From Psammoneis japonica (lineage: Eukaryota), in contig QPGO01000070.1 in the NCBI GenBank assembly GCA_008632985.1, forward strand, positions 186,001 through 250,000: a stretch of DNA of 64,000 nt, read 5' to 3'. Under the pieces are notes generated by a model. That model searched no databases. It was given only the letters and a program-made list of their open reading frames with translations, and had not been told where the DNA came from. Positions 27,343 through 41,100 of the stretch are shown here, in pieces (position 1 is the first letter of the stretch; each line of letters opens with the position of its first letter). Position numbers and translations under genes: made by a program.

Positions 27343-27563
27343 GCCCAGCGCGGGCGGCGGCGGCGCGGATTTCCCTCCGACACGGTCTGTCTGCATACCG
27401 TACCTACCTAGCCTTCCGAACGCAGAATAGCTGTGCTACTTACGATCCTAAACTACGTCCTTGCAAACAATACAACTTTCTTATGTAACTTTTTGCTCTG
27501 CTGAACGCTGTGCCGGTTGTATTGCTCTCTTTGTTCCGCATCGTGTCCCAGTTAGTATCGTTC

Positions 27564-28697
27564 TCAACCTTCCAAAATACCCTCCACCTTGATCATGCCC
27601 TTTTCTTGCCACTCCAAAGTTCTCCACATGCGTTCCACCTCTTCTTCACTGCCCTGTACGGTGATTTCATTTTCGGTTTCCTCGTCATTGGCAGCAAGTT
27701 TGACGGAAACATCGTCGACACGGTCTCCGCTTTGCCAATAATAAATGCCGGCATACGGCGAAAGCAACACCAAGTAAAACCAATTGGGCTGACCAATGAC
27801 CGGTAAGACTGTCGTGAAATGAGTTGAGGCGGTGAATAGAAGGAGTACATGTTGGTGATATGAATTATAAAGTTGAGGCCGAGACACCACGCAACACAGA
27901 AGTGTGAGAGCGTACTTGCAACAAATCAATAATCACAACAACACGTTATTTCACGCAACGCACCCAAATTTTGAAACTGAATCTGCAACACCAACGCCAG
28001 CGATGCCATTCCAAGAGCGGTACAAAAGGTCAAGAAAAAGGCTTGACTCGTGCTGCGTTGGACAAGTCCACGAAAGGTGATGGTCTCTCCGGCCTCCACC
28101 ACCTCGTAGTTGTTGGCCTTCATGTCTAATTTTGTGAGCGAAAAAATTAAAAAGTGAGGCGACAACGCAAAAGACAAGAACGCTGATAAAGCCTTTTTGG
28201 TTTCACGTACACGCCATAATTTCACCCGCCTGTTGACGAAGATCCTTGCCACTCTCTGCATTTTCTCCTGGACTGCAATTCAAATTATTGGATAGAGATT
28301 GAAAATGATTAGATCCAATCGAATAACGCAACAGTACACCCATCAATCACTATGTTTCTCACCTGACGTAGGTTTTCCGTTTGATTTTTGCCGTCGTGCT
28401 TCGTTTGATTTGAGACCACAATCCTGGAAACGACATGACGTACAAGGCCAGTACAGTGTAGTAGCTGACGCCGCTGTAGGAAACTTCACCCGCAGCGGGT
28501 AAGGCGGCCTCATTGTCGGCTAGAGTCGTGAGTGCTCCATCAAACAGGTGAATGGGATCCATCAATTGGAGAGATGATGAAAATTGTTGCTTGTTGTTGT
28601 TGTTGTGCGCGGCAAACGACGCCGGTGACACAAAGGCAGAAACATTGGTCGACACGAGCAATAGCAAGAGTCCAAACAAACGCCGTGTTGCAATCAT
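27564..28697 (-). CDS. CCB1: Plastid cytochrome b6f heme ci assembly factor CCB1 (4 exons)
   Basis: SYYTVLALYVMSFPGLWSQIKRS, ITFRGLVQRSTSQAFFLTFCT, LSPYAGIYYW, EEEVERMWRTLEWQEKGMIKVEG. Signal peptide plus VSA-FVSP is an ASAFAP-type cleavage motif. Confidence 0.9.
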
Positions 28698-29118
28698 GTT
28701 TGTTGATTTTTCCAGCCAAAAAGCGATTTAGACTAAGACAGCTACTTGCTAGAACAGCGACAAGCCTTGGTGGTGTTGAGAAAAGCGAAAGAATGACGAG
28801 AGCAATGAGTGAATCATCACTCTCTGCTCTCTCACGGTTACGGTTAGTCAGTGTGCTGCGGCAAAAAATCAAAAACTGCCGCCGACGTCGTACGTACGTC
28901 ACACAATAGGTAATGAGCTTACCTAAAGCACAGGCGACCAGTGCTCATCAATCTCAAAAATCATTGTGATTGTTTCAGTCCCGTGCCGCGAACACGACAA
29001 ATCTTTTGGCACCCAGTACAATGCTCAAAGCTCACAATTTTCATCATGTTGTTGCTTTGAATCTCCACAACACACGTCAAGATCGAACAATCCTTCAGCA
29101 GCAACGGCAACACTTGCA
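28690..29118. repeat. Duplicated intergenic/promoter segment, copy 1 (copy 2 is 43686-43896 joined to 45543-45632)
   Basis: Collinear shared blocks: tttgttgatttt, gccttgg.ggtgtt, atgagtgaatcatcactctc, tgccgccg, ttcagtccc.tgccgcgaacacgac, gctcacaattttca, aatccttcagca. Confidence 0.85.
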
Positions 29119-32100
29119 GTGCAGCCTGCAGCATTCACATCCATGACCAGAAAAACGTGGCCTGGCCAGACGATTTGCGGTTTTTCTGGCCTGGCCAGGC
29201 CACCTGTGAACCTGTGCTGGGCGTGTGCAGACTCTACGTGACCTTCTGAAGCAAACTCCACGATCATGTGTGAAATGACAAGTTCACCATGACGGCTCCG
29301 TTCTTGCCTGCTGCAGCTGCACCCTCAACGATGGCTTGCATGAGAGTGAGAGACTCTCCTTTCTGTTGTTTGGATGAGTGCTTTTTTTTGTTTTGAGATG
29401 GAGGTGAATGGTGTGATCATTTTGAAGTGGAAAGAGCCATGACTGCCAATGGTGTCTAAAAATCTGCCACTTGCATTTCATTTGTTTGCCACCATCATCT
29501 TGACTCCCACCCCACTTTCTTTGGGAGACTTTGTTCATGCGCTTGACGCCATCTTGAGATCTTCCGCGCATGTTGTTCTGGACACTTGAGTGATTTTGAT
29601 GGAATCACATGGACTTCTGGCATCTCAAGCACTTGATGTGAGCATTTTGCACCAAGCACGCCAAACATGTCCATCGACCACACACTCTTGCAAGTTGTCT
29701 CTTGTCACACTTGTTTCTTGCAACAATTGTGGATCATGAAATTGGGCTGGGCACTTGCATCTGAGAGGTGAAGCAGTGAAAAATCCACACAAGCAATGGA
29801 GGCTGAGCAAAGTCAAGTTTCCTCCTTTTGAGTTCATTTTGTTGCTCTGTGGATTGGACAAGTGTGAACATTGCATCCACACGAATGTGGTCTCACACAT
29901 GAGTGAGGTGGAATGCCCTTTCTTCCCATTCCACCATGTTCTCAAAAACATTTGTTGTTTCCCCACAATGCATGTCATTCCCCAGTTTCATGGAAGATCT
30001 CATTGGCAGATTGTCTCTTTGATCACGGGCTTGTGGCAACAGATTCAGCCAGGGACATTTGCAGCTGTCAAGACAAATGCAAGTCATTGGGACATCTTGA
30101 GCATGTTTGATCAGTTTGGCCAATTGGAGTGCTCAAAACCCTCCAACACTCCCCTCACTCCAACAGGGACAAAAGAGCAGTCATGGCAGAGTGCATGTGT
30201 CCCACAACCATGTGTTCTGCATGATCATTGGTCACTGAGAGATGATGCAATGCCAAGATCTTGCCCGCATGGAATGGGTTCTCATCGAGTTTGGGGGTCT
30301 TGGTGAATGCTTGGATGATCTGCTTTTTCACAGTGACTTCTGGCATGGATGATCCATTGTTGCTTGAATCATCTTTGACTGGCTTGATGCTCTTGGGATC
30401 CACGGCAGATGTCGGGTTCTTGCACAGGAAATCTAACTCTGCAACCACCCTCTTAAAAGTGAAGCAAATGATGGCTCCACAACCTTTCCCTTTGTGTGTG
30501 CCCTCAACAAAGATGACGCAGTCACCAACCTTGAAACCATGATGCCTGCATCTAAACATGGGTGCTCAACAGATTGCCATGATCTCTGCTGTGGTGTGAC
30601 TCTGGAAAAAATTGTGAGAAATGAGCAGCAAATCTTCCAAGATGGGTGAGCAGTGTGATCATGCAGGAAACTGCATGGTTTGTGCTCAGCTTGCTCTCAC
30701 CAAACATTGCCCAACTGCCAACAGGCCCAAAACATGAGTCTTCACACATTTGTGCAAGTTTGGACATTTTCTGATTGCCCCAGTTCCATGACATGATGTG
30801 AGATTCACAGGTTTCCCCATGTCATCAACTGAATCCAAAATTTTGAAATTGGACAAACAGACAGTGAAAACCTTGTGGGCAACAGGGGGCCATCACCGCC
30901 AGTGTGAATCAGAGTGGCAACACTTTCAATGGTCAGCCATTGCAATGGCCCCTCTCCAGAGAGCTTCCTGATCACACATTTTGCGTGAGTGAGCAGTGCA
31001 CCCTGCGAGGGTTGTCGGAACAATGCACCGCGAATGCACTTGTGGAAGACTGCATTGGCCAGGGGTTTTGTCAAGACGTTGCTCACGTTGTCTCTGGTTG
31101 GGACATGGCAAAATTGTGCAATGTCTTCTGCACATGCTTCTTTGACATGATGGCAGGCAACAGTGTTGTGCTTGTCCTCAAGCACACTGCTTGGAATGGT
31201 TGCACTGGTGACAACCGCTTGATTGTCACCCATCATTGTGGCTGGTCCTCGGACAGGTGCTCCCAGCATGCACAAGTTGCAACGCCATTCAACAATCTGC
31301 TCAACTGCCATTTGGGCTGTGACCAATTTGGATCCGTGCATGGATGTTTTGACCATTTGTTGTTGTTTGCAGGTCAATCTTATGAAGGTGTTGTTGATGC
31401 ACAAGACAACACAGGTGACTGATCTGTGCGTGGTTGGCATCTGCCCATGGGGCCATGGATGCGGCCTTCCCAAGGGGGCTCCAGTGCATCGGTGGGCAAT
31501 TCTTCCTTGGCATCTGGGTGCCTTTCTTGCCAGTTTGTCATGTGAAGTGTGTCAATGTCAGGTGAATTGGGATGTGACAGGTCGACAATGGATTGGGCCT
31601 TGGGGAACTTTTTCAAGCATCCGAGTGTCCGCTTTGCAGCTGTCAAACGTCCTTCCCATGGATCCATGGAGCATCTGGCCAAGGTTGTTGTTGCATGGTG
31701 GACATCCATGTGCCTGAGTGTGATGGCCCAGTTTGCACTTCTGATTGAGCTTCAGAAGTGGGAAGCATCGTCTGTGTTGCATGGGGGAGTTTTGTTGAGT
31801 TCCGGATGGCACAATTTGCACATTGGTGTTTTCTGCAATTGCAAGTCTTTGTTGAACATGCCCTCAACCTTTGAAACAGCATTCTCAATGCAAGTTTTGG
31901 CAGATGGTGCAGCGTGCATGCTGTTGTTCTTCCATTTGTCACTTGGGTCAATCACATCCCCCCAAGCAGCACTCTGGGGCTCCAGTGCCTTTCAGGGTGC
32001 AGTGCTTGCACAATTTGTCAACAACTGCCATGGGATGTTTGGAAAAGACCACAACATTGTCACCAAAGGTGGCAACACACTCACAGTGGTCACTGGCACA

Positions 32101-35100
32101 CTTGATCCAAAAATTGGCATCAGGTCTAGATGGGTGAAAACCAAGTTTATGGAGTCGGGCTGACAGGTTCTCATGGAAGCGGGTGCCAGAGGCACACAGG
32201 CCACACAGTCCTTTGCAGATGATGAGAATGTGGCCTTGCAGCTCACTGAATTCCAGACCAGCAATCCTGGTGCATGTTCAAGACAGAAGTGATGCCAAGT
32301 GATGCCAGCTGTGCTGTTGTCACCAAGGGCAGAATCGTGGTCAAGGCTGCCTTGGTCATGTGAGCGCACCAACTGGGTGGCTTGATCTGGCAACCAGATC
32401 ATGTGCGCTTCAAGGGTGGCTGCTTGTGAGCCCGTGCCATTGCTCCATCTGTCATGGGAACTGGCGTGGCCTGTGCCATTGCCCCATCTGATGTGGGAGC
32501 TGGAGCAGGTGTCTTTGTCCCCCTGGTTGGAGCATTGGTGCATTTGTGGGTGCATCAGCGCTCCCCTGTCCCTCCAAGGGGTTGACTCGCATCAAGGTCT
32601 GTTGGGTTCTTGGTGGCTTTTCTTCTTCTTTGGAGGGAGGAATGTGGCCTTGTCCACTTTTTTGATGGGGGGATGCGCTTGTCACTGCAATGCAGAGTGG
32701 GGATGTGACTGCCATTGATGGCGCATGTGTTGGGGTCCAAGGCATCTTGTTTGTCTTCATTGTCAAGGAAGGTGGGGTCCACAATGGGGTTGAATGACAC
32801 TCATGGATTTGCGTCATGATTGGGGTCACAGGGTTGGACAACGGATCATGACATGATCTGCTTGTTGTCATTGGTGAGGATCTTGCAGGTGAGGGCATCT
32901 CCAACATTTGGTTTGACTTCCCAACCAGTGCCCAGGAAGTTCACAGCCATGGGAAAATGGCAGAGTCATGTCCAGATGTGGTGGCTTCTGGCAGAAATGA
33001 AAGTTGAGGAATGCGGAGACATGTTGGGGGTGTCTCCATGTCATGTTTGGAGGGGTGTGGACCAGCCCAGGGTCTCATTGGTGGTGACATTGTGTGCAGC
33101 GGCAACGCATGCACAGCATTTGGGCCACGCAATGCCAGATGCACTGGCACTGTCCATGACTGTTTGGGAATGTGTTTTCAGACATTTGATGGTGTGCAAT
33201 TCCGTGGGATTTTGGTGTGGATGATGTGGCTCTGTGAACTGGTCACCAGCTGCAAACTTGCGATTGAGATCAGTGACAACTTTGGACTTTTGTGCTTTGG
33301 CATTGTCGCAATGGAGGATCTGTGGGGCTCCTTCCTTGTGCATGAAGTCCTTGTGTGTGGGTGGAAGCTTGGACTCTTTCATGGAGTGGAAGCCAGTCAT
33401 GTGGGATGATGTTCCCCAATGGACCTGTCCGCATGAACAGCCTGAGAGGCTTTTGACACCGGCAAAGCAGGTGTCAGTCACTGCCATCTCCTCAAGGCAG
33501 TCTCACGTGGTTCAATTGTGGGTGCCGTGCCTTCAAATGTTGCTGGAGGGGCACATGAAAGTGTGACTTTGCAGTTGTGTCATGGCTTCCATGGTCAGTT
33601 TGACAACCTTTCTTGGTCGACATGCAAACTTGGGATGCAGGGCATCCAACTCGGATTTGGTGAATGAGCGTTGGGCCACCTGAGTGGCACATGCAAAGGA
33701 GTCAAATGGCGCGTGCTTGCCAAATGGTTCGTCATCCTCCAGAGAGTCCAAGTGTTCATCAAGACCCCATTCTTTGATGGTTGCAGTGTGTGTGCACTCC
33801 ATGGTCAGGTGGAATGCACGCTTGCATCTTCTCGGCATTTGTTCCAATGCATTGAAGAAGCACTGGGGCTTGGTCTGGACCAATGCTGATGTCTCAGTGT
33901 CATCATGTGTTGGCGTGTCTCATTGATCCAGCAGCAATTTGTCTGTGAACTGGAGTTCAATGCCAATGATGGGGTCTGCAATCTCGCCTCTTCCAAATTG
34001 ACAAGGCAATCATGGAACTCCTCATCCATTGGTGAGGGTGGATCATTGATGTCATCCGGAGGTGTGACATTGGCAGAGCATGCTTGTTGTCTTGACTCAT
34101 GAGGTGAGTCCAGAGGTCTGCTCTTGTTGGATTCTACAAAGCTGTTGTCCCTTGTGCACAGACTGGGGATGGACATTTGTCATCCTGTGGGTTGTTCCCA
34201 TCTTCTTGTTGCACCTCACTTCCATGGTTGTCCGGTCCATCCAGTTGGCTCTCAAGTGGGGGCACAGAGGCATCTTCTGGGGCAATGTTGGGTTCAACAT
34301 TGTTGTCATCATCATCATTGTTGTGGATGACAAGTTCTGGGACGGAGCTGCTGGAGCTGACAGCACTGTCATTGTCATTGTCAGCTCCACAGCCAATCAA
34401 AGCAGGGGGGGAATCGGCATCATCAATGTTCTTGATGTGTGTTGCAGCGGCCTCTTTGAGGTTGCTGCAATCTGGCACATCACCCCACGTGGCATGAGTG
34501 GATGGAAGTTGTGCTGCAACTGAACCCAGATCAGGATCTTGGGCATCAGCACAGTGCTCTGTGGGGTTCCACACTCCAGATGCAGTGATGTTGATGGGAG
34601 TTGTCTCGTGGAGTTTGTCATCCAAGGGCAAGTGATGTGGGATGGCCATGAGCATGCCATGGGTTGAGAAGGGGATGATGATGCCATTGGGTGTGGTGAA
34701 ACGTTGGGCACCACGGTGGCCGGCTGCACTCAGGTGGTGATGGGGGACCAAATCAATGACGCAACCTGCTTCTTGACACTGGCATTCCAACAATGACAAG
34801 AAGGATGGGGTGGGGTTGGCTGTGCCCTCGTGCACAGCAAGCAGCACCACAGATCTGTCTGGTGAGTCCATCACAGTGATGCTGCCAGTGATGTCCAGAC
34901 CATTGACACGTGCATGAGACTCATAGAAACCAATTGGGTTTGCCTTGTCTGAACACCCCAGTGTCAGCACCGCCATCAGAGATGAGTGATGGTTGGTCAC
35001 CTCGGGCCTGTCCCAAAAGCACACGTGCCTTGAGGGATGACACGTTGCTGATGACGGAACATGTCACATTGACAGAGTGGAGCAAGCCCACTGGGTCCTG

Positions 35101-38100
35101 TGGTCAATGCCAGCAATGAGTTCTTTGACTGGCTCGTCACAATGGGTGCATGATGGCACCCTTGTCCTTGTCTGGTGTCAATTGTGGGATCTCGGCTGGT
35201 GTGTTGCAACCATCAGGAATGTCTGTCCCCTTGTGGGTGCATTGTGCAGCATTGATGTGGGCTTCAACAATGTCACAGAGGATGGTCTTGAAATTGTCTT
35301 CCAAATGAGGTGGTTCCTGCATGGTGGTCTTGATGTGGTGGCGGCTTTGTTCTGTGTGGTCCTTGTTGCATCAGCTCGCCCATTTCCAAAGACAGATCAA
35401 GGTGTCACCACAGGACAAAGCGTCGCATTGGGCTGCAATGTCATGCATCAGGTTAGAGCAAAGATTGATGAGCAGTCATGCCTTGTGTGTGCTGTCAGCC
35501 CATTGGCATGCTGCGTGTGTGGGTGCATCTTGGTGAATGGCAGCCTCAACATTGATTTGGTTGATTTTGGTGAAGGCCATCTCGCAATCATTGATGAATG
35601 CGGTCACTTCACCCGTGCAGTGTTGGGAGTGCCGCATGTTGACAGTGTCTTCCCAGTTTGATCTGAGCAAGTCGGAAGTGCCTTCTTCTTTGTGGTGCTC
35701 CAGGAAAGCATGCCATGCCTTGAACCCATCTTTGTCTTTCTTGTGTGGTGCAAGGAATTGTTTTCCAATGCCCTTGCGGCATGCAGTGACCAAGGCACCA
35801 TGCACACATTCACGGTCTGCCAGCAGTTGGTTGAGAGTGATGTTGGGTTGCAAGTCTGGCATCAACTCTAAGACTTGTTCACTGTGTTCCTTGTGCACCT
35901 GCAGAAAGTCAGGGTCCGTCAAGTGGCCAGCCTGTTGCATGATCCAATTTTCCTCAAACAAGGATTTGAATTGTGGGAACATCATGTTGTTCCCATCCCA
36001 AGCAATCTTGACCAAGATGGGGTGCCATTTGCAGACAGCATGGTGACATTCTTTGGAGTGGCACAAGAGAGGACATTGCAGAGAGGACGTTTCACAGGTG
36101 ACAACAGTGGTCAGCATCAATGCAGGACAGTGCGGCACTGTCGTGACCGGGAGCAGAGAATGCATTGTCTTCAGTGGCACATCCCCCCCTGTTGCCATGG
36201 TGTGGTGCATTGGGTGATGCAGTGTGGGGTGGTCGTGCATCGGGGTGGATGGCAGTGGCAGAGGGAAGGCCTCCAAAGGAAACACCCAATGGCAGCAGGG
36301 GCTTGGATTGGTGGGAGGCAGAGTGGGTGGGTGGGGGGTCCAATGGTGGTGCCACAGCTGGGGCATCTTTGGCAGCTGGCATTGAAGTGGCTGGTGTGGT
36401 TGCAGGGGTGGAAGCTTCTGCAGATGGGGCAGGTGTGGGGGTGCTGTGGGAGTGCCGGCACATGTTGGGGACACATGGCAATTGGTTTTGGTTTTGGGGG
36501 GTCAAACCATTTGGCACCAGCATTGCAAAGTTGGGCTCATGTTGTGCGCTGTTGACGTTGCCTGCACAGTGTAAAGGTGGGTGCATCAAAATGGGAGACA
36601 ACAAAGTCGCCAGCTTTGTCATGCATGAATTCCCTGGCATGGGCTCTGTGTGCACGGATGTGCACCACATCTTTGCCAAGGTTCTTGAATGCTTGGTGTC
36701 CTGGCATGTCATGGACAGACAGCAATGGGAGCTGCGCGAAGTCAACAAATGGTTGGATGCTGCCGATGCTGTGTTCGTTTGAGAATTGGGCAGTTAAATC
36801 CAACAAGATTGGCCTGAGGCCAGGCTCTGTAAGGAACGTCTGCAGGTTGTCGTTGATGGGCTCCGTGATTGCAAATGCATCGGCAATGTCATCCCAATCT
36901 GTGATGTCACATGCGGGGTCAAACATCTTGACTTCGTGGTGATGCTTGGGACACTTGGGTTTCCTGCCTGAAAGGGGCTACGTGGGGCTGGTGTGTTTTT
37001 GCACAGTGTGTTTTGTGGTGTTCTCTTTGCTGGTTTTGTGCTCTTGTGCCTGAGCATGTTGCAGTGTTGTGTTCACTGGTCAGCAACAAAATTCTTTTGG
37101 CCTCTGTGACCTTGTCACTGGCACTCCTCACGCCCAGCTTGAGTGTCAAGAGCCTGTTGTTCAGGACACAAAGCTCTGGTGCCATTGGTGGTGTCATCAA
37201 CCCAGTGTCCTCCACCAGATCTGCAAGAGATCTTGACATGGGTGCAAACCTCCTTGGCCTGCTCAACTTCCTCAGCTGTGCACTGGCAGGGGTGCTTCTG
37301 CCCCTGACTCTCAACTTGAATCTTGATGCTTGACGTGTCCTGGTTGCTCACAGAATGTCTCTCTTCAGCTAAAAAGCAATCGGCTCTGATGAAGTGGCAC
37401 AGTCACACCTTTGCCCAGCAACACTGGTGCCGGCTGACCCACACCTCCAGTGCACCCTGCAAGGGGTGTGGTAGAAGTTCATGCAATCAGTCGGTCAATG
37501 CGCCGCTTGGCAGCAATGCACACTGGAGACAAGAGGTCACAAGGAGGAATTGCACAAGAATGAGATTATTGCTTTCCTTCAGAGAGGATTTGGTGCACCC
37601 AAACTGCCACAGCAAAGGACAATTGCATCAAGCAGAGCATTCAAAGTGAGTGAAAACTCTGGGAGAAAATCTTTGCTTCTGAGGGAGAATCTTGTCTTAA
37701 CAAAGACTGACTGAATTTCACAATTGCGTGCACCAGCACAAAAGTGTGCAGTTTGCTGCCCGGAACAGTGATCTTGGCAGGCCAGCAAGAAGAAAAGGGG
37801 GTGTTTGGGACTTGCAAGAATGAAACAGGTGACCTTCTTGGTGACATGATGAGAAGGTCGTCGGAAGAAGCAAACATTGTTCTCACGTAGAATTGACACT
37901 GAATCTTGCACAGAAATGCCAATCCATGCAGTGAATGGACAGTCATCAGGCAATGCCAATGGTTCATCCAAACCAACACACGCAGGTGCAATGACAGGGA
38001 CAGTGCTTTCACCACATGAGGTGAAGAACTTGAGTGGCCAGCGGGAGGAAAAGAAACTGCACTAAATCCGCAAAAAATTGCCAAACAAGACAACAAGCGT

Positions 38101-41100
38101 GCGAACCACAAGGCATTGATGCCGGGTTTTCTCCACTGAAAATTGTTGCACATCATGGAGAGACAAGGGCGTGCCAATGGCAGAAGGGGCCAAAAGGTTG
38201 GGGGGGGGGGGGGGGACCCAGCAAAACACCGTCCAAAAAGGGCAATGTCAGTGCAAGAGCATGCATGGAAACACAAGCAGGGGCTGACAGTTGGTGCTTG
38301 CACAGAAAAGTGGCTCTGATGAAGCAGCAGTTGGGAAAGCAATGCAGAAACCCAGTGATGTTGTGTCAATGGGTGTGATGACAACAGCAGTCAAAGGACA
38401 CTCCTGCACAGTTCTTGCAGTTGCTGGCCACACTTCACTGGAACATGAACGTTGCATCTGCACAAATGTGGTCTCACACATGAGTGAGTTGGAACACCCT
38501 TTCTTCACGTTCAACCATGTTCTCAAAAACATTTGTTCTTTCCCCACAGTGCCTTGGTTTTGTCTGAGTTGCAGATCCATTCCAGTGCAAATTTGCAAAG
38601 AGAGCAAAGAATCTTGCCGCACGCTTTCTTGACACTGTCATCAAACCTGACAAACATCCCACGCATGATGTCTCCATTGTTGCCACCAACAATTGGACCA
38701 ACATGCAATCCAGGTTGCAGGTGCAGCCAGCTGTGGTGCAGCCTCTGCACTGCTTTGTGTGCTTCATGAACATGGTCATTGTTGAGCGTTCCATCATTCA
38801 AGCCAATCACAGAACACTCAGACAATGTTGCCTCTGAGGTTTTGTTCTCTGCTGACAACAAAAGCAGTTGCTCCTGTTGTTCTCTGCTTGAAGCTGCACA
38901 AAGCTTCATCTCCAGTCCAACTGCCATTTTTGTGCCATTTGCCATTGCTGTTGCAAGAAAATCAACTGAGTCCTTGACAGCTTCCTCTCATTTCTTGCAA
39001 ATCATTCCAGCCTCATGTGTGGACAACAATTGAAATGGTGTTTTGCCGGCATCTGAGCATGCCGCCATCTTCTTTGCAAACACAGGCTCAAGATGATGAC
39101 CTCTTTGGCAGCTCTCAAGAGACTTTCCCGCAAGCTTGGGAAGGAGTGCAGATTGAAACAGTTGCTCTGATGCAGTGTGAGCTGCATTTTGTCCACTGGC
39201 TCCATGCAATGATGTCCTCCTTCTGCCTTGTCCTTGTTGATGAGAGCAGCTGTGATGTCATCTTCTGATTTTCTTGTGGCACTGCAGCCACGCAGGCAAG
39301 GTCTTGCTTCTTGTGCAACCTCCGTCCTGTTCTTCAAAATGTGCAGGCATTTGTCAGTGAGTGCATGAATCTGCTGTTTGAGTTTGTTTTTGATGGGACT
39401 GATTGCCTTTCCACCGCTGCTTCCTCCAAGCTCTTGCACACGGGCCCAAATCTGCCTTTTGGGCAACTTGTTTTCATTCAGCGGCGCACGCGGCTCAGCT
39501 CTTTGATGTGAGACTCCTCTTGTCACATCAATGGTGTGTTGTGCACAATTGCAGCTCACTCTTGCACACTGTTGGACCCATTCCAATGCAGCCACATCAA
39601 TGCCGGTGGCACGCAAGATGGATTGAGGTGCTTTTCTCAGTGGCACAAGCAGTCGGTTGGTGGCAAATGCAGGCCTGAATGAGCACTTGACAATGCCATT
39701 GTCACAGCTTGGTTGCCATTTCTGCAGGCATTTGCAAACAATTCCACATTCGGCTTGGTGGCTTTGCAGGATTTCTGGAGAAGAATTTTTGGTCCAACCA
39801 TTGGCCCCAAAGTGCGTGCATCCCCTTCCCGTAATTTCTGGCAGCACGCAAATGGAAACCAGCGAGAGCGTTTGATTGTGTTGGCACCAAGCAACCCGCC
39901 AAGCTCCAGGACATCAAACACAAGATCAAAGCTGGTGTTGCTGTGGTCAAAGTCACACTCAACATTTGTGAGGTGCCGTTGCTCGCTTCCACCATTGTTG
40001 GGTGCAAAGAGGCATTTCTTGGCATCCGCTTTACACTGGTCGCTGTGGTGTCATTCTTTCCCTGAACACCAAAGCCAGTTGGGACACCAGTTGCTGTGTG
40101 CATTGCTGCATCAATCACAAAGCTTCTTCTTGCATTGTCCCTGGCACATTGTGCCAGCTTGGGCTTGTTGCCTTTGACTTGTTGTGTGACATGATGATGC
40201 ACTTTGTCATCGTCGACAGTGACTTGTGTCTTTTCTTTCATTCCCTCTGCAAAAAGCTCAGGACACGTTCCAGATGCAGGTGGGAATCCATGTGACATTG
40301 GGCCTTTTAGAACTCCATGTGCAAGCTCCACAGCAAAATTGTGAGGCAATGAAAATGTCAATGATCACCAACAGAAAATGAGGCAATTTTGCGAGTGCAC
40401 AAACTCGTCCATGATTGAAGTGCATCATTTTTTACTTTGCCAGTTACATTCTTCAAACGCATTGTTGTTTCCATAAATTTGTCACATGTGAGACAACTGG
40501 GGATTTGCAAAACAGTGAGTCTGGACATTTTTTTTTGAATGTCACACGCAGAAATGTGTGTGCAAAACATGTGACAGATGACAAAAATCATTTGTGTCAC
40601 ACGTCAGCACTGCGAGCTCCCACCGCACCTGGAGCTGGAACGCATCTCAGCTGCAAGTTGATTGAGGCATTCCTCAAGCTTCCTCCAGAAAGACTTTCCA
40701 GCTCATTTGCTGGATCTCCAACTTTCGTCTACATTGCAGATCAGCTTCCAAAATGATGAATGCTCTTCTTCTTTGGCGAGCAATCCAGGAAACATTTTGC
40801 AATCACGCGTGTCCTGAGCTGGCACGTCAACTGCACAGGACAAGAAAAAGGTTCCAAGGCAGTGTTGGAAATTGCCAGCTTGTCCACAGAGGGCCTTGAA
40901 TTCTTCCTCCAGAAGATGAAAGAGGTGACTCCGTGCCCCCAAAAAAAACACTGTGACGGTGGCCTGGCCATTCCTCTTTTTGCTGTGCTTGGCTTTGAAA
41001 GAGGTTGGTGGCAGAGTTTACGAGAGACATTCCATGCATTTACAAGAGGTGGACCCTTCACTTCATTTTCCACACCCAGACCAAGGCAAACTGCATGTCA

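Noticed and set aside
30994..37466. cagtgcaccctgc.aggg at about 30994 and 37448 as LTR remnants
   Set aside because: Only about 17 bp and not extendable by eye; no TG..CA LTR pair could be defined.
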